Source: an uncultured Nitrososphaerota archaeon
GTDB lineage: Archaea; Thermoproteota; Nitrososphaeria; Nitrososphaerales; Gagatemarchaeaceae
Length of the DNA stretch: 64,000 nt
Assembly: GCA_963718895.1 (NCBI GenBank)
Contig: CAVRAG010000008.1
Location: 480,001-544,000 of the forward strand
Direction: 5' to 3'
This document shows positions 18,004 to 27,900 of this stretch, piece after piece; positions within the stretch are counted from its first letter, which is position 1, and every line of letters starts with the position of its first letter. The translations under genes were made by a program, and so were the position numbers. A model generated the notes under the pieces. It was given only the letters and a program-made list of their open reading frames with translations, had not been told where the DNA came from and did not search any database.

Positions 18004-19038
18004 TTGGTGCCGTCAGTCGAAGACCTGGTCATTTTCGCGGTGGCCTTCGCCGTCCCATGCGCCGTCATCTTCGGTCTGATGCCGAGCTACATGCGTCTTC
18101 TCGCTTCGAAGGGCAGACTGGTCAGCGACGTGCACAAGGCAGACGGGGTCAAGGTCCCCACGCCTGCGGGACCGCTCCTGATACTCGCAATCGTAGCTGG
18201 CGAGGCCGGGATATACCTTGTTGCGGAATCTTCGATACCCCTCGCGGCGATCTCCGTGACACTGGTCGCCGGAGCCGTGGGCCTCTACGACGACGTTCGA
18301 GGATTGGGGGGAATCGTGAAGCCCCTACTGCTTACCCTCGCCGCCGTGCCCCTTGTGCTCCTGGAGCAGGTGCACCAGAGCCTCTACAACGCCCAGCTCT
18401 TCTTCCCGCTGTTCGGGGGGACGGGCACCCACTTCATCATCTTCATCATCTTGATTGTAGCGGCGATGCCCGTGGCGTCCAACGCGTTCAACATGCTTGA
18501 CGCGTTCAACGGCGAGCTCGCCGGGTTCACCGTGATCGTCACGGTCGCCTTGATCGTCGCCATCATCTTCCGGGCCTCGGTCTCTGCCTCGTTCGACTAC
18601 ATCAGGCTCGCCGCCGCCCTCCCGCTCGCCGCGGCCGCCCTCTGCTTCTACTTCTACAACAGGTTTCCCTCGAGAGTCTTTGATGGAGACAGCGGCAGCT
18701 TGGTCTTCGGCGCCCTGTTCGCCACGCTCGCCATAGTGGGTGGAGTCGAAATCGCAGCCCTGGTCGCGGCGATACCCGCTGTCCTGAACTCGTACTACAT
18801 ACTCGCCAGCTTAAGAGGGTTGGTAGAGCACAAGAAGATGGTTGCCAGACCCACATATCTCGGCGAGGACGGCAAGCTCCACGCCTCGCAGACACCGGGA
18901 GCCCCTGCGACGCTCGTAAAGATGATCTTGGCGAGGGAACCGATGGGGGAGAGGGACCTGGTCAGGAGCATCCTGATGCTCACGACGTACGCCTGCGTCC
19001 TGTCCGTTCTGACATCCGCAATGACGTGGTTTACTTGA
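18004..19038 (+). CDS. MraY/GPT-like polyprenyl-phosphate HexNAc-1-P transferase
   Basis: GLYDD, NAFNMLDAFNG, YNRFPSRVFDGDSG. Confidence 0.9.
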   Translation: MVPSVEDLVIFAVAFAVPCAVIFGLMPSYMRLLASKGRLVSDVHKADGVKVPTPAGPLLILAIVAGEAGIYLVAESSIPLAAISVTLVAGAVGLYDDVRGLGGIVKPLLLTLAAVPLVLLEQVHQSLYNAQLFFPLFGGTGTHFIIFIILIVAAMPVASNAFNMLDAFNGELAGFTVIVTVALIVAIIFRASVSASFDYIRLAAALPLAAAALCFYFYNRFPSRVFDGDSGSLVFGALFATLAIVGGVEIAALVAAIPAVLNSYYILASLRGLVEHKKMVARPTYLGEDGKLHASQTPGAPATLVKMILAREPMGERDLVRSILMLTTYACVLSVLTSAMTWFT

Positions 19039-19283
19039 CCTTGAAGAGCATCTACGGCCTCGTTGTCATCGTGACCGTGGCCTGGTTGTTGATCCTCGGG
19101 GAGAGCTACTTCTTCATCTTCGTGGTCAGGCCCCTGGGACCACCCCTGCACCTTGCAGACCTCCCTTCCTACGTCCTGAAAGTAGTGCTTACCGCGGGAC
19201 TCGGAGTGCTATGGGTTGGGGTTATGTTCGTGATGGACTCGTTGCACTCGCGCCTCACGAAGTCTCCCACTTCAGCTTCTTAG
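19035..19283 (+). CDS. Small two-TM hypothetical protein
   Basis: Overlaps the upstream stop; hydrophobic. Confidence 0.55.
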   Translation: MTLKSIYGLVVIVTVAWLLILGESYFFIFVVRPLGPPLHLADLPSYVLKVVLTAGLGVLWVGVMFVMDSLHSRLTKSPTSAS

Positions 19284-19746
19284 CGTCGTACTCCTTCCGA
19301 GTGTACGCGACCCTGGCCGGCACGCCCATCACCACGGTCTCCGGAGGTACGTCCTTCGTGACCACTGCGCCCATCCCGACGACGCTGTTCTTGCCTACGG
19401 TGACGCCGGCCCTTATGACGGACCCGCCGCAGATTATCGCGCCGTCCTCGATGGTCACGCCGACCATCTTCTTCCCCATCGGATAGGGGTCGTTGGTGAT
19501 GACCACTGCCGGTCCAATGAAGACGCCCTTCCCTATCTTCGTGAGGGGAGGGATATAGACCGACCCCTCCACCCTGGTGTTGTCTCCGATCGTTACCTTG
19601 TAGTCCACATGGGCCAGCGATCCAATCATCACGTTGTCGCCGATTACAGTCCCGGATCCAACATATGCGTAATGCCAGATCTTCACGTTCTTACCGAGCT
19701 TGGCGTCGTCCGCCACGAAATTGAGAGGTCCGCGCCTGGCTTCCAA
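19255..19746 (-). CDS. Hexapeptide-repeat acetyltransferase (nucleotide-sugar N-acetyltransferase-like)
   Basis: Left-handed beta-helix repeats, TNDPYP, VVTKDVP..GVPAR. Confidence 0.85.
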   Translation of the reverse strand: MEARRGPLNFVADDAKLGKNVKIWHYAYVGSGTVIGDNVMIGSLAHVDYKVTIGDNTRVEGSVYIPPLTKIGKGVFIGPAVVITNDPYPMGKKMVGVTIEDGAIICGGSVIRAGVTVGKNSVVGMGAVVTKDVPPETVVMGVPARVAYTRKEYDAKKLKWETS

Positions 19747-19891
19747 GGTGGAACGAAGCTTGCACCCAGAGGGCTAGATAAACATCCTCTTCCGGACGCC
19801 GAAAGGAACTCGAAGGAGAATGTGGTAGAAGGTTCGGACTACTCCCCAGACTCAAGAAGGGGCCCTTTCATAATCTTAAATAGAATGAGCT

Positions 19892-21085
19892 TTGACATCG
19901 CGAGCCGTAATGGTCCATGAGCCTATCGGCAAGAGCGCGGGCACGGCACTGCCCGAGATGGCTCAACTGGCGAAACTCCTCATGAAGATGGGTCCGGACA
20001 TCGACCTTATCGCGAGAATCTCCGGACAGTACAAGGAGACGATTCGGTACAGGTACAAGGAGAAGATCCTCGGGAAGGGATTCGCGATACACGCTAGGGT
20101 GAACTTTGAGGGGCTCGGCATGCAGCGGGTGATCATGAAGGTCAGTTTGAGCGAGACATACTCCCGGTATGCCAGAGAGATGTTCCTGGCCATGAACAAG
20201 CTCTGCTATCTCGTATCGTTCAACCAGCTTCTCCCCGACGGCAACTACATGGTCCATGCGAGCGTCCCCAAGGAATACAGCCAGGGCCTGATGGACCTGA
20301 TGAATCAGCTGAAAGAGCTAGGAGTATTCGAGTCGGTCGAGTTCTTTACCTTCGACTGGTTCAGCAACACGCCGATGAGGGCCGAGTTCTTTGACTTCGA
20401 CCATGGGAACTGGGACTACGACTGGACCAAGAACGTGGAGCCCGGGAAGAACGAGGACCCTAGGCAGACCGAGAGGTTCGCGTTCGACAAGATCGACCTT
20501 CTCATCCTGAAGGAGCTTCAGGCCGACGCCAGCAGGTCGCTCAGCGAGATCAGGGACTCGATAAAGACAAACAACGGCCTGGACATCAACTACAAGACGC
20601 TCGCGTGGCACTGGGCGAGACACGTCAAGGAGAAGGGGATGATCAACGGCTACGCACTCAGATGGATGGGCACGACCTATGACTCGGTCGCTGACAAGGC
20701 CAAGCACCGGCAGCACAGGTACATCATGATCCCCGTCTTCGTGAGAGGAGTCAGCGACGCTGAGCGCGTCGCCCTGATTGGCGAGATGAACAAGCTCCCA
20801 TTCCTCTGGTGCGAGGCCGCTGGAAAGGACTACCACGCGCAACTCGCGTTCCCGGTCGAGATGGTCAACGACGCGTTCGAGTTCCTGAAGGAAGCGCTCG
20901 GGCCGTTCGGGCCGAGAGCCAGCTACAGCGTGCTCGACCAGACCAACGCGCTGAGCTTCACATTCTCCTACGGGCTCTTCGACGACGAGAAGAGGATGTG
21001 GACCTTCAATGGACCAGAGCTCACAGCCAGGTTCCAGAATCTGATCCTGAAAATAAGGGAAAGCTCCGGGGCCGCCCGGAACTAG
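19892..21085 (+). CDS. Large duplicated Lrp/AsnC-like regulator
   Basis: DKIDLLILKELQADASRSLSEI second HTH; two-repeat architecture. Confidence 0.65.
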   Translation: MTSRAVMVHEPIGKSAGTALPEMAQLAKLLMKMGPDIDLIARISGQYKETIRYRYKEKILGKGFAIHARVNFEGLGMQRVIMKVSLSETYSRYAREMFLAMNKLCYLVSFNQLLPDGNYMVHASVPKEYSQGLMDLMNQLKELGVFESVEFFTFDWFSNTPMRAEFFDFDHGNWDYDWTKNVEPGKNEDPRQTERFAFDKIDLLILKELQADASRSLSEIRDSIKTNNGLDINYKTLAWHWARHVKEKGMINGYALRWMGTTYDSVADKAKHRQHRYIMIPVFVRGVSDAERVALIGEMNKLPFLWCEAAGKDYHAQLAFPVEMVNDAFEFLKEALGPFGPRASYSVLDQTNALSFTFSYGLFDDEKRMWTFNGPELTARFQNLILKIRESSGAARN

Positions 21086-21356
21086 GCCTCTCTACAGAGT
21101 GCCGGAGCCACCCACGATTTCCAAAGGGCCGATGTGGAGGCCCATCGCCGTCAGCACCAGGCTCGCCCCTCCCAGTGCCATCATCCCGTAACGGACTTTT
21201 TCGTCAATGGTCATGATGTGAAGAGAATCATAATTCGGATTTAAGCATATACTTAGCCTGAACTAGTGAAATTTGTGCAACTTCCGGGGGACCCCCAGCG
21301 AGAACGATGGGGGTCATGCTTATCACACCCAGCCCGGTCGCCGAGGGCAAGGGACG

Positions 21357-22184
21357 ATGGCGATGAAGGACGGTGTCCGGAGAGGGAGGAGGACCAAGGC
21401 TGCTGTTGTCTTGACATCAGTTGTCGTCATCATAGCCGCGGTGGCCTTGGGCAACGTCCTCGGCGGAGGAGGGGGGCCTCGTCTGAGCTCGACGGCGACC
21501 GTGGGCTCGCTAACGTCCGCAGGCGTCGCATGCACGGACCCATCTCTCTCAGCCACGGCCGCCCAGGCTGAGGGAGACCCGAGGTTCACCCAGCTCAGCG
21601 ACGGTCTCTGCTACAGCTTCGTCGGGACAGGTGATTCGGCCGTCGGAGGCTCCGATATCGCGGCCCTCTACACCTTCGACTACTACAACGGGTCCGTCAT
21701 CTATCCCTGCGGGACCTTCCCCCAGGCCCTCGTGGTGAGCCAGATCCAGGCCGAGGTCGTCGCGAACGGGTCCCGGTCAGTGGTCCAGTCGGCCGAGCTC
21801 GTGAACGACACGGCTTCGTTGAACTCGGCTACGGGTTGCGGGCCGGACAGACCCCCGGTCTCCGTGGTCAGCGCCCAGCTAGTCGAGGTCACGATCCCCG
21901 CAGTCCTGGAGGTGAACCTGACCCTCGACGCACCCTCTCCCCCGCAGCCGGTGACCGCACTGAAGGCCGTCATTCTGGTCCCGGGTGCGAACCAGACGAT
22001 CGAGTTCTCAGGAGTGACGCCTAGGAATCCTCTCTCGGCGGGGAGGTCTGCGTCTCAAATCAGCATAATAACAGGGCCGGCGGGTTTCACGGCCGGCGAG
22101 GTCTTCGAGATGGCGATTGAAGGGAAGTATCAGGGTGGGCAGTCGTTCGAGTACACCGTCGAGATCGCCCTGGTGAGCACCTGA
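21357..22184 (+). CDS. Hypothetical membrane-anchored extracellular protein
   Basis: N-terminal TM, beta-rich, 4 Cys; stop overlaps the next start. Confidence 0.6.
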   Translation: MAMKDGVRRGRRTKAAVVLTSVVVIIAAVALGNVLGGGGGPRLSSTATVGSLTSAGVACTDPSLSATAAQAEGDPRFTQLSDGLCYSFVGTGDSAVGGSDIAALYTFDYYNGSVIYPCGTFPQALVVSQIQAEVVANGSRSVVQSAELVNDTASLNSATGCGPDRPPVSVVSAQLVEVTIPAVLEVNLTLDAPSPPQPVTALKAVILVPGANQTIEFSGVTPRNPLSAGRSASQISIITGPAGFTAGEVFEMAIEGKYQGGQSFEYTVEIALVST

Positions 22185-22693
22185 TGCCTACGCTCGAGTA
22201 CGTCGCGGCAGCGACATTCATCGCAGCCGTCGTCATCATAGGCGGGGTCGAGATCATAAGCTTCGTCATCAAGCGGGCGGCCAAGGCCGCAGGGGCAGGC
22301 AGCGTCACCCTGAGGGACTTGGGCGCCTTCGCAAGGATCTCGGAGGTTCTGCTCATCGCGGTCTCGATCGCTCAGATATCTGGAGTGAGCTCTATCTTCA
22401 CCACGCTGACCCTGTCAGGAATAGGTGCGCTGGCCCTCTCGCTGGCGCTGCAGACATCTCTCTCGAACATCATCTCGGGCATCCTCCTTCTGAGCGACGG
22501 GGTGATCCACCTCGGCGACGTCATCGAGTACAGCGGGGCGAAGGGGAAGATCGTGAGGATCGCGCTGAGGAACACCTGGATCATGGCCGAGGACGGCAGC
22601 ATCGCGGTCGTGAGCAACACATCCCTGTCCAACGGCCCGCTCCTCAACAGGACCGGGGCGGAACGACTAAAGAAGAAGTACGCGATCCAGTGA
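22184..22693 (+). CDS. mscS: Small-conductance mechanosensitive channel (short form)
   Basis: LALQTSLSNIISGI, GDVIE, IALRNT. Confidence 0.85.
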   Translation: MPTLEYVAAATFIAAVVIIGGVEIISFVIKRAAKAAGAGSVTLRDLGAFARISEVLLIAVSIAQISGVSSIFTTLTLSGIGALALSLALQTSLSNIISGILLLSDGVIHLGDVIEYSGAKGKIVRIALRNTWIMAEDGSIAVVSNTSLSNGPLLNRTGAERLKKKYAIQ

Positions 22694-22721
22694 CCAGAAC
22701 AGACCAGACGATAGCGGCCAA

Positions 22722-23144
22722 CTACGGTTTTGATCGGCCCAGGCCGTCGATCACTTCTAGATGGTCGCTCGCGATGTCGGCCCGAGGGAGCGCGCTCAGC
22801 CGGTAGTAGGAGGCCTCAACGTACGGGAGCCTCGCCGCGAGCTTTGGAATCCCGCCCTTGAAGTCGTAGACGAAGCACAGGTCCCAGTGTGATCCCAGGT
22901 AGGACTGGATCTCTCTGAACTTCGGCTCCAGCGCGTCAGCCCCTTCAAGCTGCGAGGCAACCGCCCTCTTGGCGGCCGCGGGAGGCCACTCCCCGAACTC
23001 CAGCATCACCGCAGGCAGCATCAGGTTTCCCCGCCTGAAGGAGAGCGGGTGCGCGTCGCCCGCCTTCAGCAGAAGTATCGAGCCCTCGCCGTCCCCCACG
23101 ATCGCAAAGGCGGAGATGTGGAGGTTCTCGTCGCTGATGCGCAT
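22722..23144 (-). CDS. Nudix-fold protein with degenerate Nudix box
   Basis: SAFAIV..ILLLK..LPAVMLEFGEWPPAAAKR; the REUxEE motif is missing. Confidence 0.55.
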   Translation of the reverse strand: MRISDENLHISAFAIVGDGEGSILLLKAGDAHPLSFRRGNLMLPAVMLEFGEWPPAAAKRAVASQLEGADALEPKFREIQSYLGSHWDLCFVYDFKGGIPKLAARLPYVEASYYRLSALPRADIASDHLEVIDGLGRSKP

Positions 23145-23327
23145 CCTTCGTCGCTGCCCGTGGCTGCTGCTGGTCGATGCTGCCAATCTCGAGTCTAGCG
23201 CCTGGTGGGACGGCCGGGTTAAAGCCGTTTTCCCCGGCCCGTGCCACATAGGGGAATCCAGGAGGTGCGAGGCACACCATGAGGAAAGGTCGCAAGAGAG
23301 ATATCGTTGTGCCGCGTGCCTCCTCTC

Positions 23328-24215
23328 ATGGGACCCGTCGAGGCCGCGGTCGTCGTCCTTGCTCTCGTCGCGGCGTGGTCCATGGGCCACCACTACTCAG
23401 GCGCGGTCGTGGGGACGGCCTTCGGCTCGAAGTCGATAACACTTGGAAGGGGACTCCTGATCTCCGGACTCCTCGTGATCCTCGGGGCGGCATTGAGCAC
23501 CGTCGTGCAGACCTACGCCAATCTTGCGAAGGTGGGTGGTGAGTACAGCGTGGTGGTGCTCATCTCCTTCGTCCTCATGAGCAACGTGACCACGTACCTG
23601 AAGATACCCACGTCCACGATACAGCTCTACACCTTCGGGATATTGGGGGCGGCGCTCGCCTCAGGTACCTTCATCAGCTATCCCACCCTGGCGGTCATCG
23701 TCCTGTCCTGGGCCATAGCGCCCACGCTCGGGTACGCGCTGGGCCGGGTTGTCTACCGCTACATACCCCAGTCCGAGCACCTGCGGTACCTCATCCTGGG
23801 CACGATGCTCTACTCCGCCCTCGTCCTCGGGCTCAACGACGTGAGCAACGCGGCCACGAGCCTCGTCGTCTCGGGGGTCGCCATCCTTCCGGCCAAGCTC
23901 GCGTGCGGGGTCGCCATGATGGTCGGCATGGTCACGTGGGGGTCGAGGCTCGCCAGGAGGGTGGGCGAGGACCTTGTAGAGATGGACGCCAGGAAGGCCG
24001 CAGCGGCTCAGCTGACCAAGTCGGTTGTGATTTCAGCTTTGAACTTGTTCGGCGTGAACGCGTCCATGAACCAGACCATCGTGGCCGCCCTCGCATCAAT
24101 GGGAGCGAGGAGGAAGGTCCTGAAGAGCATCGTCATGGGCTGGGTCTACAGTCCGGTCATCGGGTTCGCCGTGTCCTTCGGGCTTTCGTACGTGCTGGCG
24201 AAGGGCCTCCTCTAG
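23328..24215 (+). CDS. Inorganic phosphate transporter (PiT family)
   Basis: IPTSTIQ, GLNDVSNA, SMNQTIV. Confidence 0.8.
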   Translation: MGPVEAAVVVLALVAAWSMGHHYSGAVVGTAFGSKSITLGRGLLISGLLVILGAALSTVVQTYANLAKVGGEYSVVVLISFVLMSNVTTYLKIPTSTIQLYTFGILGAALASGTFISYPTLAVIVLSWAIAPTLGYALGRVVYRYIPQSEHLRYLILGTMLYSALVLGLNDVSNAATSLVVSGVAILPAKLACGVAMMVGMVTWGSRLARRVGEDLVEMDARKAAAAQLTKSVVISALNLFGVNASMNQTIVAALASMGARRKVLKSIVMGWVYSPVIGFAVSFGLSYVLAKGLL

Positions 24216-24747
24216 GCGATCGGGGAGGTCTGCGATGGAGGGCGATGGCCTTCGTGATTAGGTCCCTGGCGTGTCTCTCATCTTTCCAGCCGTCTATGGT
24301 GACGAACTTGCCCGGTTCCGACTCCTTGTAGTGTTGGAAGAAGTGTTCGATTTGCCTCCTGGTGAACTCCGGGAGCTGGTCGACGGAATCGACGTCGGAG
24401 TAGTTGGGGTCGACGTGGCGAGCTGGTACAGCTACAATCTTCGAGTCTGGGCCCTTTTCGTCCTCCATCAACAGTACACCGATTGGTCGGGAGCGGATGA
24501 CCGACATCGGGAAGACCGGCTCCTCGGTCACGACGAGCGCGTCGAGTGGGTCACCGTCCTCGCCCCTCGTCTGGGGGATGAATCCGTAGTTGAACGGGTA
24601 ATAGGTCGGCGTGTACAGGAAGCGGTCGACGAAGACGAAGCCCGTCGCCTCGTCTATCTCGTACTTCACGTTGCTACCCCTGGGAATCTCCACGACCACG
24701 TTCACCTGCTCGGGTGCGTCTGCTCCAACGGTCAGCTTTCTTGGCAT
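24157..24747 (-). CDS. ppa: Inorganic pyrophosphatase
   Basis: YPFNYGFIPQT, DGDPLD, HFFQHYK. Confidence 0.95.
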   Translation of the reverse strand: MPRKLTVGADAPEQVNVVVEIPRGSNVKYEIDEATGFVFVDRFLYTPTYYPFNYGFIPQTRGEDGDPLDALVVTEEPVFPMSVIRSRPIGVLLMEDEKGPDSKIVAVPARHVDPNYSDVDSVDQLPEFTRRQIEHFFQHYKESEPGKFVTIDGWKDERHARDLITKAIALHRRPPRSPRGGPSPARTKARRTRRTR

Positions 24748-24927
24748 CCAGCCCACGGCGCCGAGAGCGCGTTGGCTCTGGCTTTAAGCTGAAATCCCAT
24801 CGGCGTTGCTCCGGGTGGTCGAAAGTAATCGAAAGGAGAGGTTCTCCAGCACGTGCGGCCCCGAGCATCCGCGTCCGAGAGGCGCGACTCGGGTCTCTTA
24901 TATGGTCAAGAGTATCACGGTTCGTGG

Positions 24928-26283
24928 ATGACGGTCGAGATCACCTGCTACGGTGGAGTCAACGAGATCGGCGGGAACAAGATTCTGGTCTCAGACAAGG
25001 ACACCAAGGTCCTGCTCGACTTCGGGGCGGGGTTCTCGGAAGGGTTGGACTACTTCGGTTCCGGTATAGATCCGAGGCGGGTCAACGGGGCGGGCGACTA
25101 CTTCGAGTTCGGCCTTCTCCCAGAGCTCCCGGGCCTCTACTCAGAGGCATCACTTCACAACACCGGGCTGAAGCACACGCCTCCGGAGGTGGACGCAGTC
25201 ATACTGAGCCACTACCACTCCGACCACATGGGGAGGATCTCGCTCCTCGACAGGGAGATACCGGTCTACTGTGGAGCTACGACGGCCCTCATACACGAGG
25301 CTTCACACGAGTCGGGAGGGTCCTCCCTCGACGGGCGGGAGGTCAGGACGTTCCGCACAGGAGACCGGTTCAGGGTCGGGGGGATCGAGGTGACGCCAGT
25401 CCACGTCGACCATTCGATCCCGGGAGCCTACGGTTTCATCCTGCAGACCTCCGAAGGGCCGATAGCCTACACGGGAGATTTCAGGTTCCACGGTCCTATG
25501 GGCTCCATGACCGAGGACTTCATCATCGAGGCCCAGAGAGCGGGACCCGTCACGCTGATCACTGAGGGCACGAGGGTAGCGAGCGGTGACAAGAAGCAGG
25601 AGATGGGGGAGGCGAAGGTCGCCGACGAGACTGCCAAGCTCCTGAAGGCGAATCCTCACCTCGTCTTCTCTTCGTTCAGGGGCAACGACGTCGACAGGGT
25701 CCTCTCGTTCTACAGCGCCTGCCAAGCGACGGGCCGTCGGCTCGTGGTCTCGATGAAGGTCGCGCTCCTCCTCGACGGGCTCAAGAACGACAAGCACCTC
25801 AAGGTACCCCGGGTCGGGAAGGACGTCTCAGTGTATCTCCGGAGGAAGGGCAAGGGGGGCTACGACGATCGGGACTACTACAAGTGGGAGAGGAAGTTCA
25901 TCGACCAAGGCTTCACGGCCGAGGACGTGAAGAAGCAACAGTCCGGGGTCCTGCTCCACCTCGACCAGTGGTACCTTCCCGAGCTGATTGACATCCGGCC
26001 CGAGACGGGCGGCGCCTACATCCATGCGACCACGGAGGCTTTCAACGAGGAAGGCGAGCAGGACGAGCAGATGATCAGGAACTGGGTAAGCCACTTCGGG
26101 TTCGAGTACCACCAGATACACGCCTCGGGCCACGCGCCCATGGAGAAGGTCGCGAGCCTCGTGAACGACATAGGAGGGAGGAAGGTGATCCCCGTCCACA
26201 CCGAAAGCCCCGACCTCTTCCGCAAACTCGTGAAGAAGGGTCTTGTAGTGAAGCCGGTCAAGGGGAAGGCAATCTCGCTCTGA
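24928..26283 (+). CDS. Beta-CASP metallo-beta-lactamase nuclease (RNase J-like)
   Basis: GGVNEIGGN, HYHSDH, VDHSIPG, TGDFRFHG, HASGH, PVH. Confidence 0.85.
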   Translation: MTVEITCYGGVNEIGGNKILVSDKDTKVLLDFGAGFSEGLDYFGSGIDPRRVNGAGDYFEFGLLPELPGLYSEASLHNTGLKHTPPEVDAVILSHYHSDHMGRISLLDREIPVYCGATTALIHEASHESGGSSLDGREVRTFRTGDRFRVGGIEVTPVHVDHSIPGAYGFILQTSEGPIAYTGDFRFHGPMGSMTEDFIIEAQRAGPVTLITEGTRVASGDKKQEMGEAKVADETAKLLKANPHLVFSSFRGNDVDRVLSFYSACQATGRRLVVSMKVALLLDGLKNDKHLKVPRVGKDVSVYLRRKGKGGYDDRDYYKWERKFIDQGFTAEDVKKQQSGVLLHLDQWYLPELIDIRPETGGAYIHATTEAFNEEGEQDEQMIRNWVSHFGFEYHQIHASGHAPMEKVASLVNDIGGRKVIPVHTESPDLFRKLVKKGLVVKPVKGKAISL

Positions 26284-26342
26284 CCCCGCACGGCCGGTCG
26301 AGCCTCCCAAACTTTAACTTCGTCAAGGGACATTGAGGGACG

Positions 26343-27617
26343 ATGGCTGTAGCGGGAGAAGAGCTCGTCCTCACTGCCTTCATCGTGCTAATGCTCATCG
26401 CCCAGCTCCTCTCGATCAAGGCGAAGGTCCCGTACACGCTGATCCTGGTCTTCATCGGGATAGGGGTGACCGCGCTGGTCTCTCTGCCCTCGCTTGGCTC
26501 GAACATCATCTCTGACGGGCTGCGGACCACAATCTCGCAGATGGGGAGCTTGTACACAGGACTGGTCCAGGGCGGACTCTTCGTGGGCCTGGTCGTCCCC
26601 CCGCTCATCTTCGAGGCGATGATGCACATACGCTCCAGCGACCTGAGGGCTGTGATCGCACCGTCCATCATCCTCGCGACCGTCGGGGTGATCATCGCGA
26701 CGCTCGTGGGAGGTCTCCTCCTCTGGCAGGTCGCCAGACTGTCCCCTACGGTCTCCTTCCTCTTTGCGGCGATAATCGCGCCGACGGACGTGGTCACGGT
26801 CCTCGAGGTCTTCCGGAGGACCAAGGTACCTCCTCGGCTCGGTGCCTTGATGGACACCGAGGCGGCCTTCAACGACGCGACGGCGATCATAGTATTCAGC
26901 ATCGTGCTCTCATCGATAGGCCTGCCGAGGGTCGCAATACTCTCGACTATCTCTAGTTTCGGCCTCACCACGCTGGGCGGCGCGGCCATCGGCTTTTTGG
27001 TCGCCTACGCCGCTGGAAGGATCAACGCGGCTGTGGAGGACAGCCTAGCCGGAATAACTCTCACAATCGCGGCGGTCTACGGCTCCTACGTCTTCGCCAC
27101 GGGTCTCGGCCTCTCGGGCCTGATCGCTGTTGCCGTGACCGGGCTGTACTTCGGTAACGTCACCATGAAGGCAACCGCGCGCCAGGATGCGAGAGACTCG
27201 ATCCTCACCTTCTGGAACGTGGCCGCCTTCGTCGGGAACTCGGTCGCCTTTCTCCTGATAGGCTTCGAGACGAACCTGACCGCGCTGGTGCAGTCGGCGG
27301 GCCTGATCCTGGCGGCCTACGTCGGTGTAACGCTCGCCAGAGCGGCTTCGGTCTATCCGATACTCGCCATCGTCGGCCAAGTGCGCAACAGGATCCCGAT
27401 CTCCTGGAGCAACACTGCGATGCTCGGAGGGATCAGGGGCGCGCTCTCGATAGCGCTCGCGGCCTCGCTCGGGGCATCGACGGTGGTCTCGGCCTCGGAT
27501 GTGCACACGATCACGACGATGGTCCTCGGGGTGGCGTTCCTCTCGATCGTCATACAGGCGCCTCTCCTCGCCAGCTACGTCAGGAGGAAGTTCGCGAACC
27601 AGGAGACATTGGTCTGA
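26343..27617 (+). CDS. CPA1 Na+/H+ antiporter (NhaP-like)
   Basis: APTDVV, EAAFNDA, GGIRGALS. Confidence 0.9.
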   Translation: MAVAGEELVLTAFIVLMLIAQLLSIKAKVPYTLILVFIGIGVTALVSLPSLGSNIISDGLRTTISQMGSLYTGLVQGGLFVGLVVPPLIFEAMMHIRSSDLRAVIAPSIILATVGVIIATLVGGLLLWQVARLSPTVSFLFAAIIAPTDVVTVLEVFRRTKVPPRLGALMDTEAAFNDATAIIVFSIVLSSIGLPRVAILSTISSFGLTTLGGAAIGFLVAYAAGRINAAVEDSLAGITLTIAAVYGSYVFATGLGLSGLIAVAVTGLYFGNVTMKATARQDARDSILTFWNVAAFVGNSVAFLLIGFETNLTALVQSAGLILAAYVGVTLARAASVYPILAIVGQVRNRIPISWSNTAMLGGIRGALSIALAASLGASTVVSASDVHTITTMVLGVAFLSIVIQAPLLASYVRRKFANQETLV

Positions 27618-27746
27618 GGGTTCCCAGACCCCACGGGTTGAAAACCACGTTTCAGTCCCATTTCCACGCCTTCCCCGGGTCGATTGTCCTGTCGATAACT
27701 GTCGGTCGAGAAGTCACACTTGGACTCCGCTAGTTTGAACGAGAGG

Positions 27747-27819
27747 TAGCCCGGCCAGGATTCGGACCTGGGTCACCGGCTCCAAAGGCCAGTATGCTTG
27801 ACTACTACACCACCGGGCT
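27747..27819 (-). tRNA. tRNA-Gln(TTG), intronless, CCA not encoded
   Basis: Cloverleaf AGCCCGG/CCGGGCT with A1-U72; anticodon loop CT-TTG-GA; atypical A18 and C55. Confidence 0.9.
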
Positions 27820-27900
27820 AAGTCGTGCTCCGCCATCTTCGGATGAGCTAGATAAGTCTCACTGGACTCGGCCGAGGAAAGGAGGTTTCGGGAGAGAGAT

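Noticed and set aside
21213-21261. Box C/D sRNA candidate
   Set aside because: Imperfect C box and no convincing internal boxes; reads as an AT-rich promoter
27655-27680. ORB-like GTGGAAATGGG (minus strand) near tRNA-Gln
   Set aside because: Single partial match with no cdc6/orc1 or AT-rich unwinding element nearby
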